Sequence record: MW735835.1
Reading direction: 5' to 3' (one strand)
Length of the DNA: 64,000 nucleotides
The position numbers and the translations under genes are program-made. Below are positions 28,544-38,815 of the stretch, piece by piece; the stretch's first letter is position 1; each line of letters begins with the position of its first letter. The notes under the pieces are model-generated. The model was not told the DNA's origin and ran no database searches. It worked only from the letters and a program-made list of their open reading frames with translations.

Positions 28544-31500
28544 CCGCTATGTGAAATTGTTCGGTATCCGTCGGTTGGGTGAGATGGAAAACCCACGTGT
28601 ACGACCAATCGCTCGATTCGGTCTGCCCCGTGGGACCAACTTCCACTACCAACCGATGAACGAAACCGAACTGGGCCCCAGTGGGACCTCGCCGGTCATC
28701 GCAGCAGCGCAGCGTCTGGTGTACATTGACCATGTGCCCGACCTGTTGGCGAAAGAAGGGAACCCGCGTCCTACTTTCAAGCTGCTTGCTCCGATGATGC
28801 AGCAGTACCGTCGCGAGAACATGCAGATCCGTCCGATGAAGGACTACGATCAGGCTGCCAAAGAACCGCTGAACATGATTGTGGTGAACTACGCCATGGT
28901 CAGCCAGATGTTCAAGTACCAGCGCTCGGCGCTGAGTCGTTGGTGGGCTTGGCGTAACCTGCGTGGCACTCAGTGGGAACGCTTCAACCGCATGAAGACC
29001 ACGCACGAGCGTCATCACATCGTGGTCTTTGATTGCCCGAACTCGCTGCCTGCTCTGTCGGACCTGCGTAAAGCAGAACGCGCCATGACCCCGGCACTGA
29101 TGCAGGTTTTCAACACCCGCGAGCGTCTGGATTTGCTCGACCTGTTCATCTGGTTGGGTGAGAACCGCAAGTCGACCCCCATGGGCGTGCTGGATGAATC
29201 CCGCCTGCACGAGATCGACCTGATCATCCGTCGTGAAACTGGCTTCATCAGCATCAACCTCGGGCTGCTCAACAGCTTCCGTAAGGCTGGCGCTGGTGTG
29301 TCCATGGAATCCTTCGCCGACCAACCGGTCAGTGAGGACTTCGACTTCGAGGAAACTTACCAGCGTTACGTCTCCATGGAGATGGCTGGTGACGACACCC
29401 TCGATGAGGACATGCAGGTCTCGATGGAAGCTGCTCCTGGGTTGGACCCGAAGATCATCCAGCTGCGTTTCCTCAAGCTGCTGACCAAGATCATCGATCA
29501 GACCAACCCGATCGTGACAGCTCCTGCCGAACAGCAAGTGGAGGCCATGACCGAGGCGAAAGCTGAGGAAGAGGCTGCCCAGGCAGAAGAAGAACAGGCA
29601 CAGGAAGAACAACTCCTCGCAGAGACCGGCGCTGATGAACTGCTGGTCAACGAAGAGGAAGAGTTGGCTGCGGCGTTGGACGAACCGGCACAACCGGCCA
29701 ACGATTCCGAGCTGACGGACGAAGATGGTAACCTGATCATTGAGACCGGCAACCAGAACAAGGAAGCCGAGATCCAAGTGGTGGGCACGAGTAACATCAC
29801 GCACACCCTGACCAGTACCATCCAGTCGAAGATCGAAGACCTGGTGGACAAGGAGCTGATCACGGCGGCGCAATACCGTCGCATGCAGCGCCTAGCGGAA
29901 TCGTACAAGACCATGGAGAACCCATGGGACAAGTCGAAGACCGTCGAACAGTCCCTCGAGATCCCGTTCGAAGACCTCGCGCTCCAAGAGTCCGAGAACT
30001 ACCCGCAGATGGATGCCATCCGTGACCAATCGATGCGCCAGTCTACCGTCGAGAAGATGGATAGCCAGTACATCGAAAAGGTGATGAAGGGCGATATCCT
30101 GAACGCGGTGATGTCTGTTCAAAAGGCAGGCATCGCGGTGACCGGCTACGAGATCGAGACCGTCAAGGATGCGGTCAGCAACTACGAGATCCACCGGATT
30201 CAGTTGACCCCGGTGACGGGCAAACCGTCCACCATCAGCTTCCGTGTCCCGATCGTTGACAAGCGGGGTGTTTACATCTCCAACGGTCAGCGTTATCGCA
30301 TGCGGACCCAGAAAGCCGACGTACCGATCCGTAAGGTCAGCCCGATTCGGGTCGCCCTGACGTCGTACTACTCCAAGATGTTCGTGGAGCGTTCGCAGCG
30401 TGCGACGTTCAACTACGACGCTTGGGTTGGCAAGCAAATCATCGCTAAGGGCCTGGACCCGGCAGACACCAGCATCACCAACGTAAAGGTCGCTGACGTG
30501 GCCGACTACGAGCTGGACGTACCGACTGCGTACACCGTGATCGGTAGCCGCGTGATGAGCTTCGAGGCCAATGGCCATTACTGGTTCGACTACAAGAACC
30601 GAGAGCGTTCCCGCCTCTTCGACATGAAGCTGGTGGAGAAGATCGAAGCTGAGCACAAAGGCATGATCGTCTGCGGTCGCCGTGACCAGCGTTACATCAC
30701 GGTTGACAAGGACAACGCGTTCTACCTGCTCGACGAGAAGACCGGTCAGGTGACTGAACTGGGTCAAATCGAAGACGTGTTGGCGCTGCAACGCGACAAG
30801 TCTCCGGTGGGCATGGCCGAGATCAGTATCTTCGGCAAGATCATGCCAATCGGTATCGCGCTGTCGTACCTGCTCGGTCTGGATCGTCTCCTGGAGATGA
30901 CCAAGGCGAAGTACCGTGTGGTTCCGCTCGGCACCCGTCTGCAAATGTCGGATGACGAGTACGCCATCAAGTTCCTGGACGAGACCCTGGTGTTGGAGAA
31001 ATCTGACGTCCAATCGAGTCTGATCTTTGCAGGCTTCCTGCATTACCACAAGCACATCCGTAGCTTCTCGCGTCACAGCTTCAACGCGAAGGATGTGTAC
31101 TTCAATATCCTCGAGGCCAACGGCATTGGGCTGCGCTACATGCGCGAACTCGACCTCATGAACGCCATGTGGGTTGACCCGATCACCAAAGGCATCCTGG
31201 AATGGATGAAGGAACCGACCGAGTTCGTACCGTTGCTGATCCGTGCAGTGGAACTGCTCGTGACCCGTTACGTCCCTCAGAACGTCGAGGGCGCAGATGG
31301 GTTGGTCGAAGGGCAAGAACGTGCCAAGGGCTACGAACGTATCCCGGGTGCGATCTACGGTGAGCTGGTGCGGTCCATCCGCGTCTACAACTCCCGCTCT
31401 GCCTCGAACACCTCTTCGGTCTCCATGAAGCCACATGAAGTGTGGACCAACATCGTTCAAGACCCGGCCTCGGCGCTGGTCGACGACATCAACCCGATCC

Positions 31501-32912
31501 AGAACCTCAAGCAGAAAGAGATCATCACTTACGGTGGCCGTGGTGGCCGCAGTAGTCGGTCGATGACTGCTGAATCGCGTCTGTACAAGGAAAGCGACAT
31601 CGGGTTCATCTCGGAATCCACCGTGGACTCCGGTGACGTGGCGGTAATCACCTACATGTCGCCGAACGCGAACATCACCAGTGTGCGCGGCACGATTCGG
31701 AAGTACGATAAGGAAAAGGACGGCGCAGCTAACATCGTGTCGACCTCTGCCCTGATCTCTCCGTTTGCTGACCGAGACGACCCTAAGCGGGTGAACTTCA
31801 TCGGTATCCAGCAGTCTCACGTGATCTCTTCCGAGGGCTACCGTGAGTCCCCCATCAGCACCGGCTACGATCATGTTCTCGCTCACCGCGTGGATGAGAT
31901 CTTCGCCGTACCCGCCAGCAAGAACGGCGAGGTGGTGGAACGCACCGACGAGCACATCGTTGTTGCGTACGAAGATGGTACCTTCGAACACCTTGACCTG
32001 AGTACGCAGTACGGTATCTCGGCAGGGGCAGTCTACCCGCAGTACCAAGCCTCCACGTTCCAACTGGGCGACAAGGTCCAGAAGGGCGACATCCTCAAGT
32101 ACAACTCGGGCTTCTTCAAGCCGAGTCGTTTCCACCCACGTCAAGTGCAGTGGAAGGCTGGGGTCATCGCTCGGACGGCTTTGATGGAAGCCTCGTACAC
32201 CCTCGAGGACTCCTCGGCAATCGACGACTGGCTCGCCAAGCAATTGGGGTCGGAAGTCACCAAGGTCAAGACCATTGTTGTACGGTTTGACCAGACCATT
32301 CGGAACCTTGTCAAAGAAGGCGAGCATACGGACATCACCAGTATCCTATGCACGATTGAAGATGCTGTAACGGCGGATTCTGGACTCTTCTCTGACGATG
32401 ATCTCGACATCCTTCGCAAGATGGGCTCGGCTACTCCTCAAGCAGGGGCAGTTGGCGAAGTCTCGAAGATCGAGGTCTTCTACCACGGCGACCCGGACGA
32501 CATGTCGGATTCGCTGTTGGAGCTGGTGACCGCTCACGACAAACAACGCCGTAAGGCTGCGAAACGTCTGGGCATGGTTCCGTTCACCGGTCAGGTCGAC
32601 CAATCCCTTCGTATCGACGGGAACGGTCTGGAACTCGATCACGTTGCCATCAAGGTCTACATCACTCACCGTGAAGGCATGGGTGTCGGCGACAAGGCAG
32701 TGTTCTGTAACCAGATGAAGACAGTAGTGGGCCATCGTCTCGACGGGGTCAACGAAACTGCTGACGGGACAAAGATCAATGCCATCTTCGGTGCCAAGTC
32801 CGTAATGGACCGTATCGTCAGCTCGGCTTTGCTGATCGGCATGACGATCTCGACACTCACCGCTATTGGTGAGAAGGCCGCGGACATGTGGACTAACGTG
32901 TCCGAGCAGTGA
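28521..32912 (+). CDS. rpoB: Virion RNA polymerase beta subunit, N-terminal/main piece (phiKZ gp178-like, 1463 aa)
   Basis: SALISPFADRDDPKRVNFIGIQQSH, YTLEDSSAI and GVGDKAVFCNQMKTVV match RpoB conserved blocks; long non-RpoB N-terminal region. Confidence 0.92.
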   Translation: MGVMFLYDRYVKLFGIRRLGEMENPRVRPIARFGLPRGTNFHYQPMNETELGPSGTSPVIAAAQRLVYIDHVPDLLAKEGNPRPTFKLLAPMMQQYRRENMQIRPMKDYDQAAKEPLNMIVVNYAMVSQMFKYQRSALSRWWAWRNLRGTQWERFNRMKTTHERHHIVVFDCPNSLPALSDLRKAERAMTPALMQVFNTRERLDLLDLFIWLGENRKSTPMGVLDESRLHEIDLIIRRETGFISINLGLLNSFRKAGAGVSMESFADQPVSEDFDFEETYQRYVSMEMAGDDTLDEDMQVSMEAAPGLDPKIIQLRFLKLLTKIIDQTNPIVTAPAEQQVEAMTEAKAEEEAAQAEEEQAQEEQLLAETGADELLVNEEEELAAALDEPAQPANDSELTDEDGNLIIETGNQNKEAEIQVVGTSNITHTLTSTIQSKIEDLVDKELITAAQYRRMQRLAESYKTMENPWDKSKTVEQSLEIPFEDLALQESENYPQMDAIRDQSMRQSTVEKMDSQYIEKVMKGDILNAVMSVQKAGIAVTGYEIETVKDAVSNYEIHRIQLTPVTGKPSTISFRVPIVDKRGVYISNGQRYRMRTQKADVPIRKVSPIRVALTSYYSKMFVERSQRATFNYDAWVGKQIIAKGLDPADTSITNVKVADVADYELDVPTAYTVIGSRVMSFEANGHYWFDYKNRERSRLFDMKLVEKIEAEHKGMIVCGRRDQRYITVDKDNAFYLLDEKTGQVTELGQIEDVLALQRDKSPVGMAEISIFGKIMPIGIALSYLLGLDRLLEMTKAKYRVVPLGTRLQMSDDEYAIKFLDETLVLEKSDVQSSLIFAGFLHYHKHIRSFSRHSFNAKDVYFNILEANGIGLRYMRELDLMNAMWVDPITKGILEWMKEPTEFVPLLIRAVELLVTRYVPQNVEGADGLVEGQERAKGYERIPGAIYGELVRSIRVYNSRSASNTSSVSMKPHEVWTNIVQDPASALVDDINPIQNLKQKEIITYGGRGGRSSRSMTAESRLYKESDIGFISESTVDSGDVAVITYMSPNANITSVRGTIRKYDKEKDGAANIVSTSALISPFADRDDPKRVNFIGIQQSHVISSEGYRESPISTGYDHVLAHRVDEIFAVPASKNGEVVERTDEHIVVAYEDGTFEHLDLSTQYGISAGAVYPQYQASTFQLGDKVQKGDILKYNSGFFKPSRFHPRQVQWKAGVIARTALMEASYTLEDSSAIDDWLAKQLGSEVTKVKTIVVRFDQTIRNLVKEGEHTDITSILCTIEDAVTADSGLFSDDDLDILRKMGSATPQAGAVGEVSKIEVFYHGDPDDMSDSLLELVTAHDKQRRKAAKRLGMVPFTGQVDQSLRIDGNGLELDHVAIKVYITHREGMGVGDKAVFCNQMKTVVGHRLDGVNETADGTKINAIFGAKSVMDRIVSSALLIGMTISTLTAIGEKAADMWTNVSEQ

Positions 32913-32926
32913 CAAAGTAGTCGATA

Positions 32927-32951
32927 GTCCGGGAGTCGCAAGGCTCCCGGA
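32927..32951 (+). terminator. Hairpin with GCAA loop after the RNAP beta gene
   Basis: GTCCGGGAGTC-GCAA-GGCTCCCGGAC then CTTCCTTT. Confidence 0.65.
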
Positions 32952-32992
32952 CCTTCCTTTACAGCGCCTCGAATTTTCACAGGAACTTGCTC

Positions 32993-33187
32993 ATGAGCAA
33001 TGCCAACACCTTCGACAACCTCGCGGTCATCGCGGGGGCTGTTGACCTCTCCGTGGAGATCGTCAACAACCTGGCGGGTAACCTCGTCTCCAGTTATCTG
33101 GACGGCGCACCGGTGAACGACCGCACCATTGCTGCCATTGCAGCTGCCGACATCAACAACGTCATCGAGGGCCGCGACAATGCTTAA
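32993..33187 (+). CDS. Small hypothetical protein (64 aa)
   Basis: AGGA SD, strong codon bias, overlaps the next start. Confidence 0.7.
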   Translation: MSNANTFDNLAVIAGAVDLSVEIVNNLAGNLVSSYLDGAPVNDRTIAAIAAADINNVIEGRDNA

Positions 33188-34532
33188 CCGCATCGCTATT
33201 GAAGCCGCCCTGCCAGTCGCTCAGCGTCTGGACGAGCGCAAGCTGCGCGTTCTGCCTGACCAGAACACCCCGCTGCTGAGCCTGACCATGGCCGTGGACC
33301 ATACCCTGGTCGACAACGCCTTGGGCAACAACAGCGACATCGTGGCTGTCCTGCAATCCCGTTCCAACGGCGACGCCCACCGCGTGGCCAAGGCCGACAT
33401 CATCCGTCTGGCCTCCCTGTCCATCGCCCGTCTGCACGACGTGACCCGCACCACCGTGCTTCCCCACATCAAGGAAGTCGCTGCCAAGGTGCAGGAGTAC
33501 GTCAATGCCCGTCGCCTCGAGGCTTCCCTGCCTTATTCCGTGGTGATGCGTGAAGTGCCGCCGGTGTATTCCAACGCCGCGCTGCGCACCCTGGCCGAAC
33601 GCTATCCCGCTGCCTCGCAGCTGGACTACATCGTCCGCAACATCGCTCCGATCACTCTGGAGCGTGTGAAAGAACTGTGCAAGACCGGCATGGCTGGTTT
33701 CGACAGCGAACTCGACGTGACCCTGTCCCAGGGCAACAACGAAGGCTACGCTGAAGTGCTGCAAGTGCTGACCGGCGCCAAGGGCCCGCAGCAGATCTGC
33801 CCGGACTACCTGCCCGGTGTCCTGGTGACCGCTCAAGCTCTGTATGACGCCCCGGAACCCGGCGTGCAGATGACCCTCGTTGAATACAACGACCAGGTCA
33901 ACCGCCTGCTGGCCCGTACCGCTGCGCTGGTGAAAACCGCTCAGCTGCGTTACGACGAGCAAGAGAAGTTCGGCAGCCTCTACAGCGATCGTCCGCGCGA
34001 AAGCCTGACCGTCATCGAAGTGATGGGCAAGCCGTACCGCGCCCTGCTCGAGAAGGGCCTCACCCCTGAAGCACTGATCGGCAACGACATGTCCGGTCGT
34101 CGTTTCAAGGAAGGCGAACTGCTCGAGAAGAAAGCCCTGCTCGAGTCCGTCTACACCCGCGAGATGAACCTGCGTAGCGTCAAGGTACAGGCCGAGATGG
34201 CCGGTATCGTGCGCGATGCCATCAAGGTCGTCGTGGGCGAGTCCATGATCGAGAAGCAACTCGGCGAGAAGGCCGCCGATGCCAACGCTCGTCTGCTGCA
34301 ACTCGTGGCGAAGATCACCCCGCAGAACTGCGATGCTCTCAACCTGCTGGTCGAGGAAATCATCTGCGACGTGTTCTACCCGGAAACCGACGCCATCACC
34401 TTCATCCGCCTGATGAACCAGGCTGGTAAGGCCGTGGCCGAAGATACCGACCCGCGCGAGATCGCCCTGCTGGCGACCATCAAGTACGTCAACTACTGGC
34501 TCTGCCGGCAGATGGGCTTGGTGTCCGCTTAA
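33180..34532 (+). CDS. Putative internal head protein (450 aa; phiKZ gp177 / SPN3US gp243 position)
   Basis: Strong codon bias; start reassigned to MLNRIAIEAA; lies between RNAP beta and the protease locus. Confidence 0.65.
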   Translation: MLNRIAIEAALPVAQRLDERKLRVLPDQNTPLLSLTMAVDHTLVDNALGNNSDIVAVLQSRSNGDAHRVAKADIIRLASLSIARLHDVTRTTVLPHIKEVAAKVQEYVNARRLEASLPYSVVMREVPPVYSNAALRTLAERYPAASQLDYIVRNIAPITLERVKELCKTGMAGFDSELDVTLSQGNNEGYAEVLQVLTGAKGPQQICPDYLPGVLVTAQALYDAPEPGVQMTLVEYNDQVNRLLARTAALVKTAQLRYDEQEKFGSLYSDRPRESLTVIEVMGKPYRALLEKGLTPEALIGNDMSGRRFKEGELLEKKALLESVYTREMNLRSVKVQAEMAGIVRDAIKVVVGESMIEKQLGEKAADANARLLQLVAKITPQNCDALNLLVEEIICDVFYPETDAITFIRLMNQAGKAVAEDTDPREIALLATIKYVNYWLCRQMGLVSA

Positions 34533-34586
34533 CTACGTCACCAGCCGGAGGGGTAAAACCCTCCGGCTATCATCAGGATTTTCGCA

Positions 34587-35318
34587 ATGAGCATTAAATC
34601 GAGCCAGTTCATCCGAGACGCTGCCCGTGTCCACAAGGCCTGGGAGAAAACCTCTGAAGGGTCGATGGTGGCGCTGAAGCCGTTGAAGGTGTACATCCCT
34701 GCTCGGTTCCCTCAGCGCGAGTTGGCCTTGTTCGAAGACGAGATCACCTTCGTCGGTATCTGTGCAGTCGTGTTGGAAGACAAGTACTACATGGCTTCAC
34801 GGATCTGTGCTCCGATCCGCAGTGAACCCACGCTGGTCAACAACGTGGTGATTGATGATGTCGAGTACATCGAGATGCAGTACGAACCGGGCGACCGAGT
34901 CATTTGCTCCGAAGACCTCGTCATGATCGACAACCTGCTGTATCGGATCTACGACGAGATCATCGCGAAAGGGCGCGTACCGTGGTACGTCTCTTACCGC
35001 GAACTGGGTGGCATCTTTGCTACCTCGTTGAAGCACGCTGGTGTCCGCGTGGGTAAAACCCCCACGGTGATGGAGATCATTGCCAGTGCTATTTGCCGTG
35101 ACTCTGAGGACCTCAGACGGTATTACCGTCAAACCGTGGAAACTTATGAGGATATCACGGCGAATCCGCCTACCATCATTCCGCTCCGTAACGTCAGCTA
35201 CGGTGCCACCAACACCATCGCAAAGCTAACCGGTTCTCGCTTCGACGAAGGTATGACCGCTGCAATCGTCAACCCCGGCGAGCGTGTCGAGAGAACCGAG
35301 CGGGTACTCCGAACGTAA
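34587..35318 (+). CDS. Probable vRNAP beta' C-terminal piece (phiKZ gp176 / SPN3US gp244 position)
   Basis: C-terminal IIPLRNVSYGATNTIAKLTGSRFDEGMTAAI resembles the RpoC C-terminal clamp segment; immediately upstream of the protease. Confidence 0.55.
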   Translation: MSIKSSQFIRDAARVHKAWEKTSEGSMVALKPLKVYIPARFPQRELALFEDEITFVGICAVVLEDKYYMASRICAPIRSEPTLVNNVVIDDVEYIEMQYEPGDRVICSEDLVMIDNLLYRIYDEIIAKGRVPWYVSYRELGGIFATSLKHAGVRVGKTPTVMEIIASAICRDSEDLRRYYRQTVETYEDITANPPTIIPLRNVSYGATNTIAKLTGSRFDEGMTAAIVNPGERVERTERVLRT

Positions 35319-35330
35319 AAGGATTCCGAC

Positions 35331-36116
35331 ATGGAACGAATCATTTATCAATGTAACGTGTTGAAGGGCATCAATAAGGTTGGGGACCTGAAGAAGCTCG
35401 ACAACGGTTACGTAGAAGTGCGCCTGGGGGCCATCGGGGCCTTCAACAGCGCAGGTTGGCTCTACCGTGAGGAAGAGGGCCGTCGTCTGCTCGAGGGTTC
35501 GGGCGGTCTGATGCGCATGATCAACCAGAACAACACCCTGCGTGGTGAGTGCGGCCATCCGCGCTTCCAGCCGGGCATGAGCCAACTGGCTTGGTTCACC
35601 CGTGTCAACGACATCTTCGAACCGAACACCTGCTTCCACATGCGCCGCCTGATGCTGGCGCCTGGCAAGGACGAGCAGGGTCGTCCGGTCACCGACGTGC
35701 TGGCTGAAGTCCGTGCCTCGGGTAAAGAAAGTGCTTGGTTCGACAAGCAGCTGGAGAACCGTGACGAGAACGTCTGCTTCTCCATCCGTTCCTTCACCGA
35801 AGACAAGGTCATCGGCGGCGTCAAGACCAAGCTGCTGAAAAAGATCGTGACCTGGGACACCGTCAACGAGCCTGGCATCGCCAACTCGTCCAAGTACGGT
35901 ACCCCGTCGCTCGAATCGGCCTCGTCCGACATCATCCTGCCGGAAGCCGAGCTGGAACACGCCTTCTTCGTCGACGCTCTGCGTACCGAAGCCAAAGCCC
36001 TGCCGGTCGGCGTGGGTGAAGGTGTCAGCTTCGAGAGCGGCAGCAACGTCATGTCCCTCATTGCTGAGATCGAGCGTCCTATCCGGGCCTTCGTTCCCAG
36101 TTCCTGGAGGTGGTAA
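35331..36116 (+). CDS. Prohead maturation protease (phiKZ gp175-like)
   Basis: LRGECGHP (His), CFSIRSF (Ser), WDTVNEPGI motifs; C-terminal SLES and SFES self-cleavage-type sites. Confidence 0.88.
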   Translation: MERIIYQCNVLKGINKVGDLKKLDNGYVEVRLGAIGAFNSAGWLYREEEGRRLLEGSGGLMRMINQNNTLRGECGHPRFQPGMSQLAWFTRVNDIFEPNTCFHMRRLMLAPGKDEQGRPVTDVLAEVRASGKESAWFDKQLENRDENVCFSIRSFTEDKVIGGVKTKLLKKIVTWDTVNEPGIANSSKYGTPSLESASSDIILPEAELEHAFFVDALRTEAKALPVGVGEGVSFESGSNVMSLIAEIERPIRAFVPSSWRW

Positions 36117-37406
36117 ATGCAAGACTCCATCAACTCGGCGTTGGTGGGGGCTGCTGACCAGCTGGAGTCGGAGATTTCTCTGGCTCCAGCCCTTCCCGTT
36201 ATTTCTGAGTTGGCCGATATCGAGGACAGTCGTCTTCTCCTCGAAGGTTGCGTCGAACAGATGACCATGGCCGATGGTTCGGTCGTGGATGTACTGGAAG
36301 CTGAGCAGACCTACCGTGATTGGCGAGCGAACCACACCGACCTGGTGCCTGGTCACGCCGTTACTGGTGATGCGCTGGTGGATGAAATCCGCGCCACCAT
36401 GGAGATGCTGAACAATCCGTCGATGGAATCGGATCTGGTGCAGCAGCTCAAACGTACCTTCTTCTCTATGTCGACGGCCATGAAGACCTTCGGCAAGAAC
36501 CTGGTGGATATCAAGGCTGCGCTGGGCACCAAGAAGACCGCCATTGCTGCCAACCCGGTCCTGATTGGGTCGCCTGCTGCGTACGGGTTCCTGACCCGTG
36601 ACAACAAGGCAGTGGACATCGGCAGCACTTCGCTGGACGAGGACATCAAGTTCATCGATCTGGCCACCGAGCACTACCAGCGCATGTTCGACAAGTCGGC
36701 TGAGCTGGGTAAACGGTTCCGTGAAGCTTGCACCAGTGACAGCAACGAGAACATCCGTGAGGCCATCGACTTCTTCGATGACAACATGGTGGACCGCAGT
36801 CAGCTGGAAGACCTCACCAAGTTTCATCTGCTGGGTAACCGTACTGTCTACCTGGACAAGCATGGCTACCCGCAGTTCAAGAAGTCGGGCAATATCTGGA
36901 AAGCCGCCTTCGGTGAATCCGGTGGTCTGATGCCTGCATTGGCGAAGAAAAAGGTCCATGGCTTTGCTATCGGCGGTCCGCTGAAGGCAGTCTCGGTCCC
37001 GGGCATGAACGACGTGGCAGCGAAACGCCAGGTCAACGCAGCCATCAAAGCCAGTGGTGGGGAAACCGCAGTCGGCGAGTTCATGAGCACCTTGGACAAA
37101 GCCATCCTGCTGAACAACCGTGCTGTCAGGTTTGCACAAATGGCAGCATCGATGAGTGAGCGCGTGCAGCGCCTCTCGGCTGACATGGAAGACGCGTACG
37201 ACCATGTCAACGACGAAAAGGTACTGCATGAGAACCTCATCCGTATTCGGGAACTTCGGTCGCTGTACCGCACTGGTCGTCGGACTGTAGCGCAGTACAT
37301 GTTCCTGGGTAAAGCCATCGCCACCATGATGGAAGACCATGCGTCTTACGTTTACCGCAACATCACTCTTATCGCCAACGACGTCCTGAAGAAGGCATCG
37401 AAATAA
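36117..37406 (+). CDS. Processed internal head protein (429 aa)
   Basis: Acidic N-terminal propeptide ending near NPSMES; directly follows the protease. Confidence 0.65.
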   Translation: MQDSINSALVGAADQLESEISLAPALPVISELADIEDSRLLLEGCVEQMTMADGSVVDVLEAEQTYRDWRANHTDLVPGHAVTGDALVDEIRATMEMLNNPSMESDLVQQLKRTFFSMSTAMKTFGKNLVDIKAALGTKKTAIAANPVLIGSPAAYGFLTRDNKAVDIGSTSLDEDIKFIDLATEHYQRMFDKSAELGKRFREACTSDSNENIREAIDFFDDNMVDRSQLEDLTKFHLLGNRTVYLDKHGYPQFKKSGNIWKAAFGESGGLMPALAKKKVHGFAIGGPLKAVSVPGMNDVAAKRQVNAAIKASGGETAVGEFMSTLDKAILLNNRAVRFAQMAASMSERVQRLSADMEDAYDHVNDEKVLHENLIRIRELRSLYRTGRRTVAQYMFLGKAIATMMEDHASYVYRNITLIANDVLKKASK

Positions 37407-37417
37407 GGAATTGCGCC

Positions 37418-38677
37418 ATGCGCCAAAACTCCATCCTGCAACACGCACTGAACGTGTCTGTTGAATCCCAGCAGGCCGATGCGGCCATTGAAGAGCTGGT
37501 CAGCGAACAAGCCATCGAAGGCATCATGCCGGCTCCCCAAGCGCTCGAAGAGATCGCTCAGGTAGAAGGCGACATCGAGACCCTCGACCAGGTCGAACAA
37601 ACCCTGGGTAGCGACGGCGTATCCCTCGAGTCCCTGGCCCACGCCCGCGGCATCATCGACGCCATCGGCCTGCGCTACGGCGCCACCAGCACCTACGCTT
37701 CCATGGAATCGGCCGACGACTACCGCCTGAACAAGGACGCGATCCTGGCCGATCTCCAGCAGTACCGCACCGGCCTGGAAAGCCACATCACCGCTTCGAT
37801 GGAAGGTTTCTTCCTGGCCGGTAACAGCCTGAAGAACATCGGTAAGAATATCGATGTGATGAAGAAGACCATCACCGTCCTCAAGTCCAGCGAAAACGAA
37901 AAGATCAAAGAGATCAAGTTCGGCACGCTGAAGCTCTTCCTGCGCATCGGCGGCGGTTTCCCGCAAGACCTGCCGCGTGCCATCAAGGAAGTGGGCCGGG
38001 GCCTGGAACTGGCCAACAAGCACTCCGATGACGTCCTGGGCGCTGCGCAACGTGCTGCCGAGATCGCCATCAAGACCGACTGGTCTGACCTGAACGCTGC
38101 CGACAAGGCCCGTGAGCAGATCAAGGGTATCAACCTGGACCTGGCCAAGATCTCCTCCGATCTGAACGGTTTCCCGATGTTCGGCAACCGTGCCTTCGGT
38201 GTGAAGATCAAAGGTGACGCCGGTGAGCTGGGCGAGTGGAACAAGAAGTACTCCTTCGGCGCTGGCACCCCCAACGCTGGCTTCCTGCGCACCACCATCA
38301 TGATGGTAGGTCTGGCCCTGAGCCTGACCTTCAGCCCGCTGGGCGGCATCCTGATCATCGTGGCTGCCGGTAACGCCGGTGGCGGCAAGCGCGAGATCCC
38401 GATCAAGGACTTCGCTGCTGGTCTGAGTGACTACGCCAAGTCCGCTGAGAAGGTGTACGCTCAGCGCGGCAACGCCATCAAGAAGAGCACTGTCCACAAG
38501 AAGCTCATGGGCGACCTGAAGAACGTCAAGGGCCTGCCCAAGGACGTCCGCAAGGCCATCGCTCGCGCTTCCAGCTTCGGCTGGAGCATCTCCAACGGCG
38601 TCTACGACGTTGTGGAGCACAGCGTCTACGCACTGGCTGCTGCCAGCGTGAAAGCTGCCTACAACACCGACGACTGA
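37418..38677 (+). CDS. Processed internal head protein (419 aa)
   Basis: Propeptide with VSVES, VSLES, ASMES and ASMEG; late hydrophobic segment; very strong codon bias. Confidence 0.7.
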   Translation: MRQNSILQHALNVSVESQQADAAIEELVSEQAIEGIMPAPQALEEIAQVEGDIETLDQVEQTLGSDGVSLESLAHARGIIDAIGLRYGATSTYASMESADDYRLNKDAILADLQQYRTGLESHITASMEGFFLAGNSLKNIGKNIDVMKKTITVLKSSENEKIKEIKFGTLKLFLRIGGGFPQDLPRAIKEVGRGLELANKHSDDVLGAAQRAAEIAIKTDWSDLNAADKAREQIKGINLDLAKISSDLNGFPMFGNRAFGVKIKGDAGELGEWNKKYSFGAGTPNAGFLRTTIMMVGLALSLTFSPLGGILIIVAAGNAGGGKREIPIKDFAAGLSDYAKSAEKVYAQRGNAIKKSTVHKKLMGDLKNVKGLPKDVRKAIARASSFGWSISNGVYDVVEHSVYALAAASVKAAYNTDD

Positions 38678-38684
38678 TCGTCAA

Positions 38685-38724
38685 CATACAGGGAGGAGCC
38701 TAGGCTCCTCCCTGTATGCCGTGT
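38685..38724 (+). terminator. Perfect 34-bp palindrome plus TATGCCGTGT
   Basis: CATACAGGGAGGAGCCTAGGCTCCTCCCTGTATG at 38685-38718, continuing CCGTGT. Confidence 0.75.
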
Positions 38725-38743
38725 GTTCGATTCGATTCCAATA

Positions 38744-38763
38744 TTTTTCAATGATACATGATA
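38744..38763 (+). promoter_or_regulatory. Candidate early-type promoter TTTTTCAATGATACATGATA
   Basis: Motif family member upstream of the small membrane ORF array. Confidence 0.6.
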
Positions 38764-38815
38764 CCAGTGACTAAGGAGAATAATCTCCCTTAACCATCTC
38801 CCTGGAGGAGTTATC

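Noticed and set aside
29892-32327. 811-aa minus-strand ORF
   Set aside because: Antisense to the RNAP beta gene.
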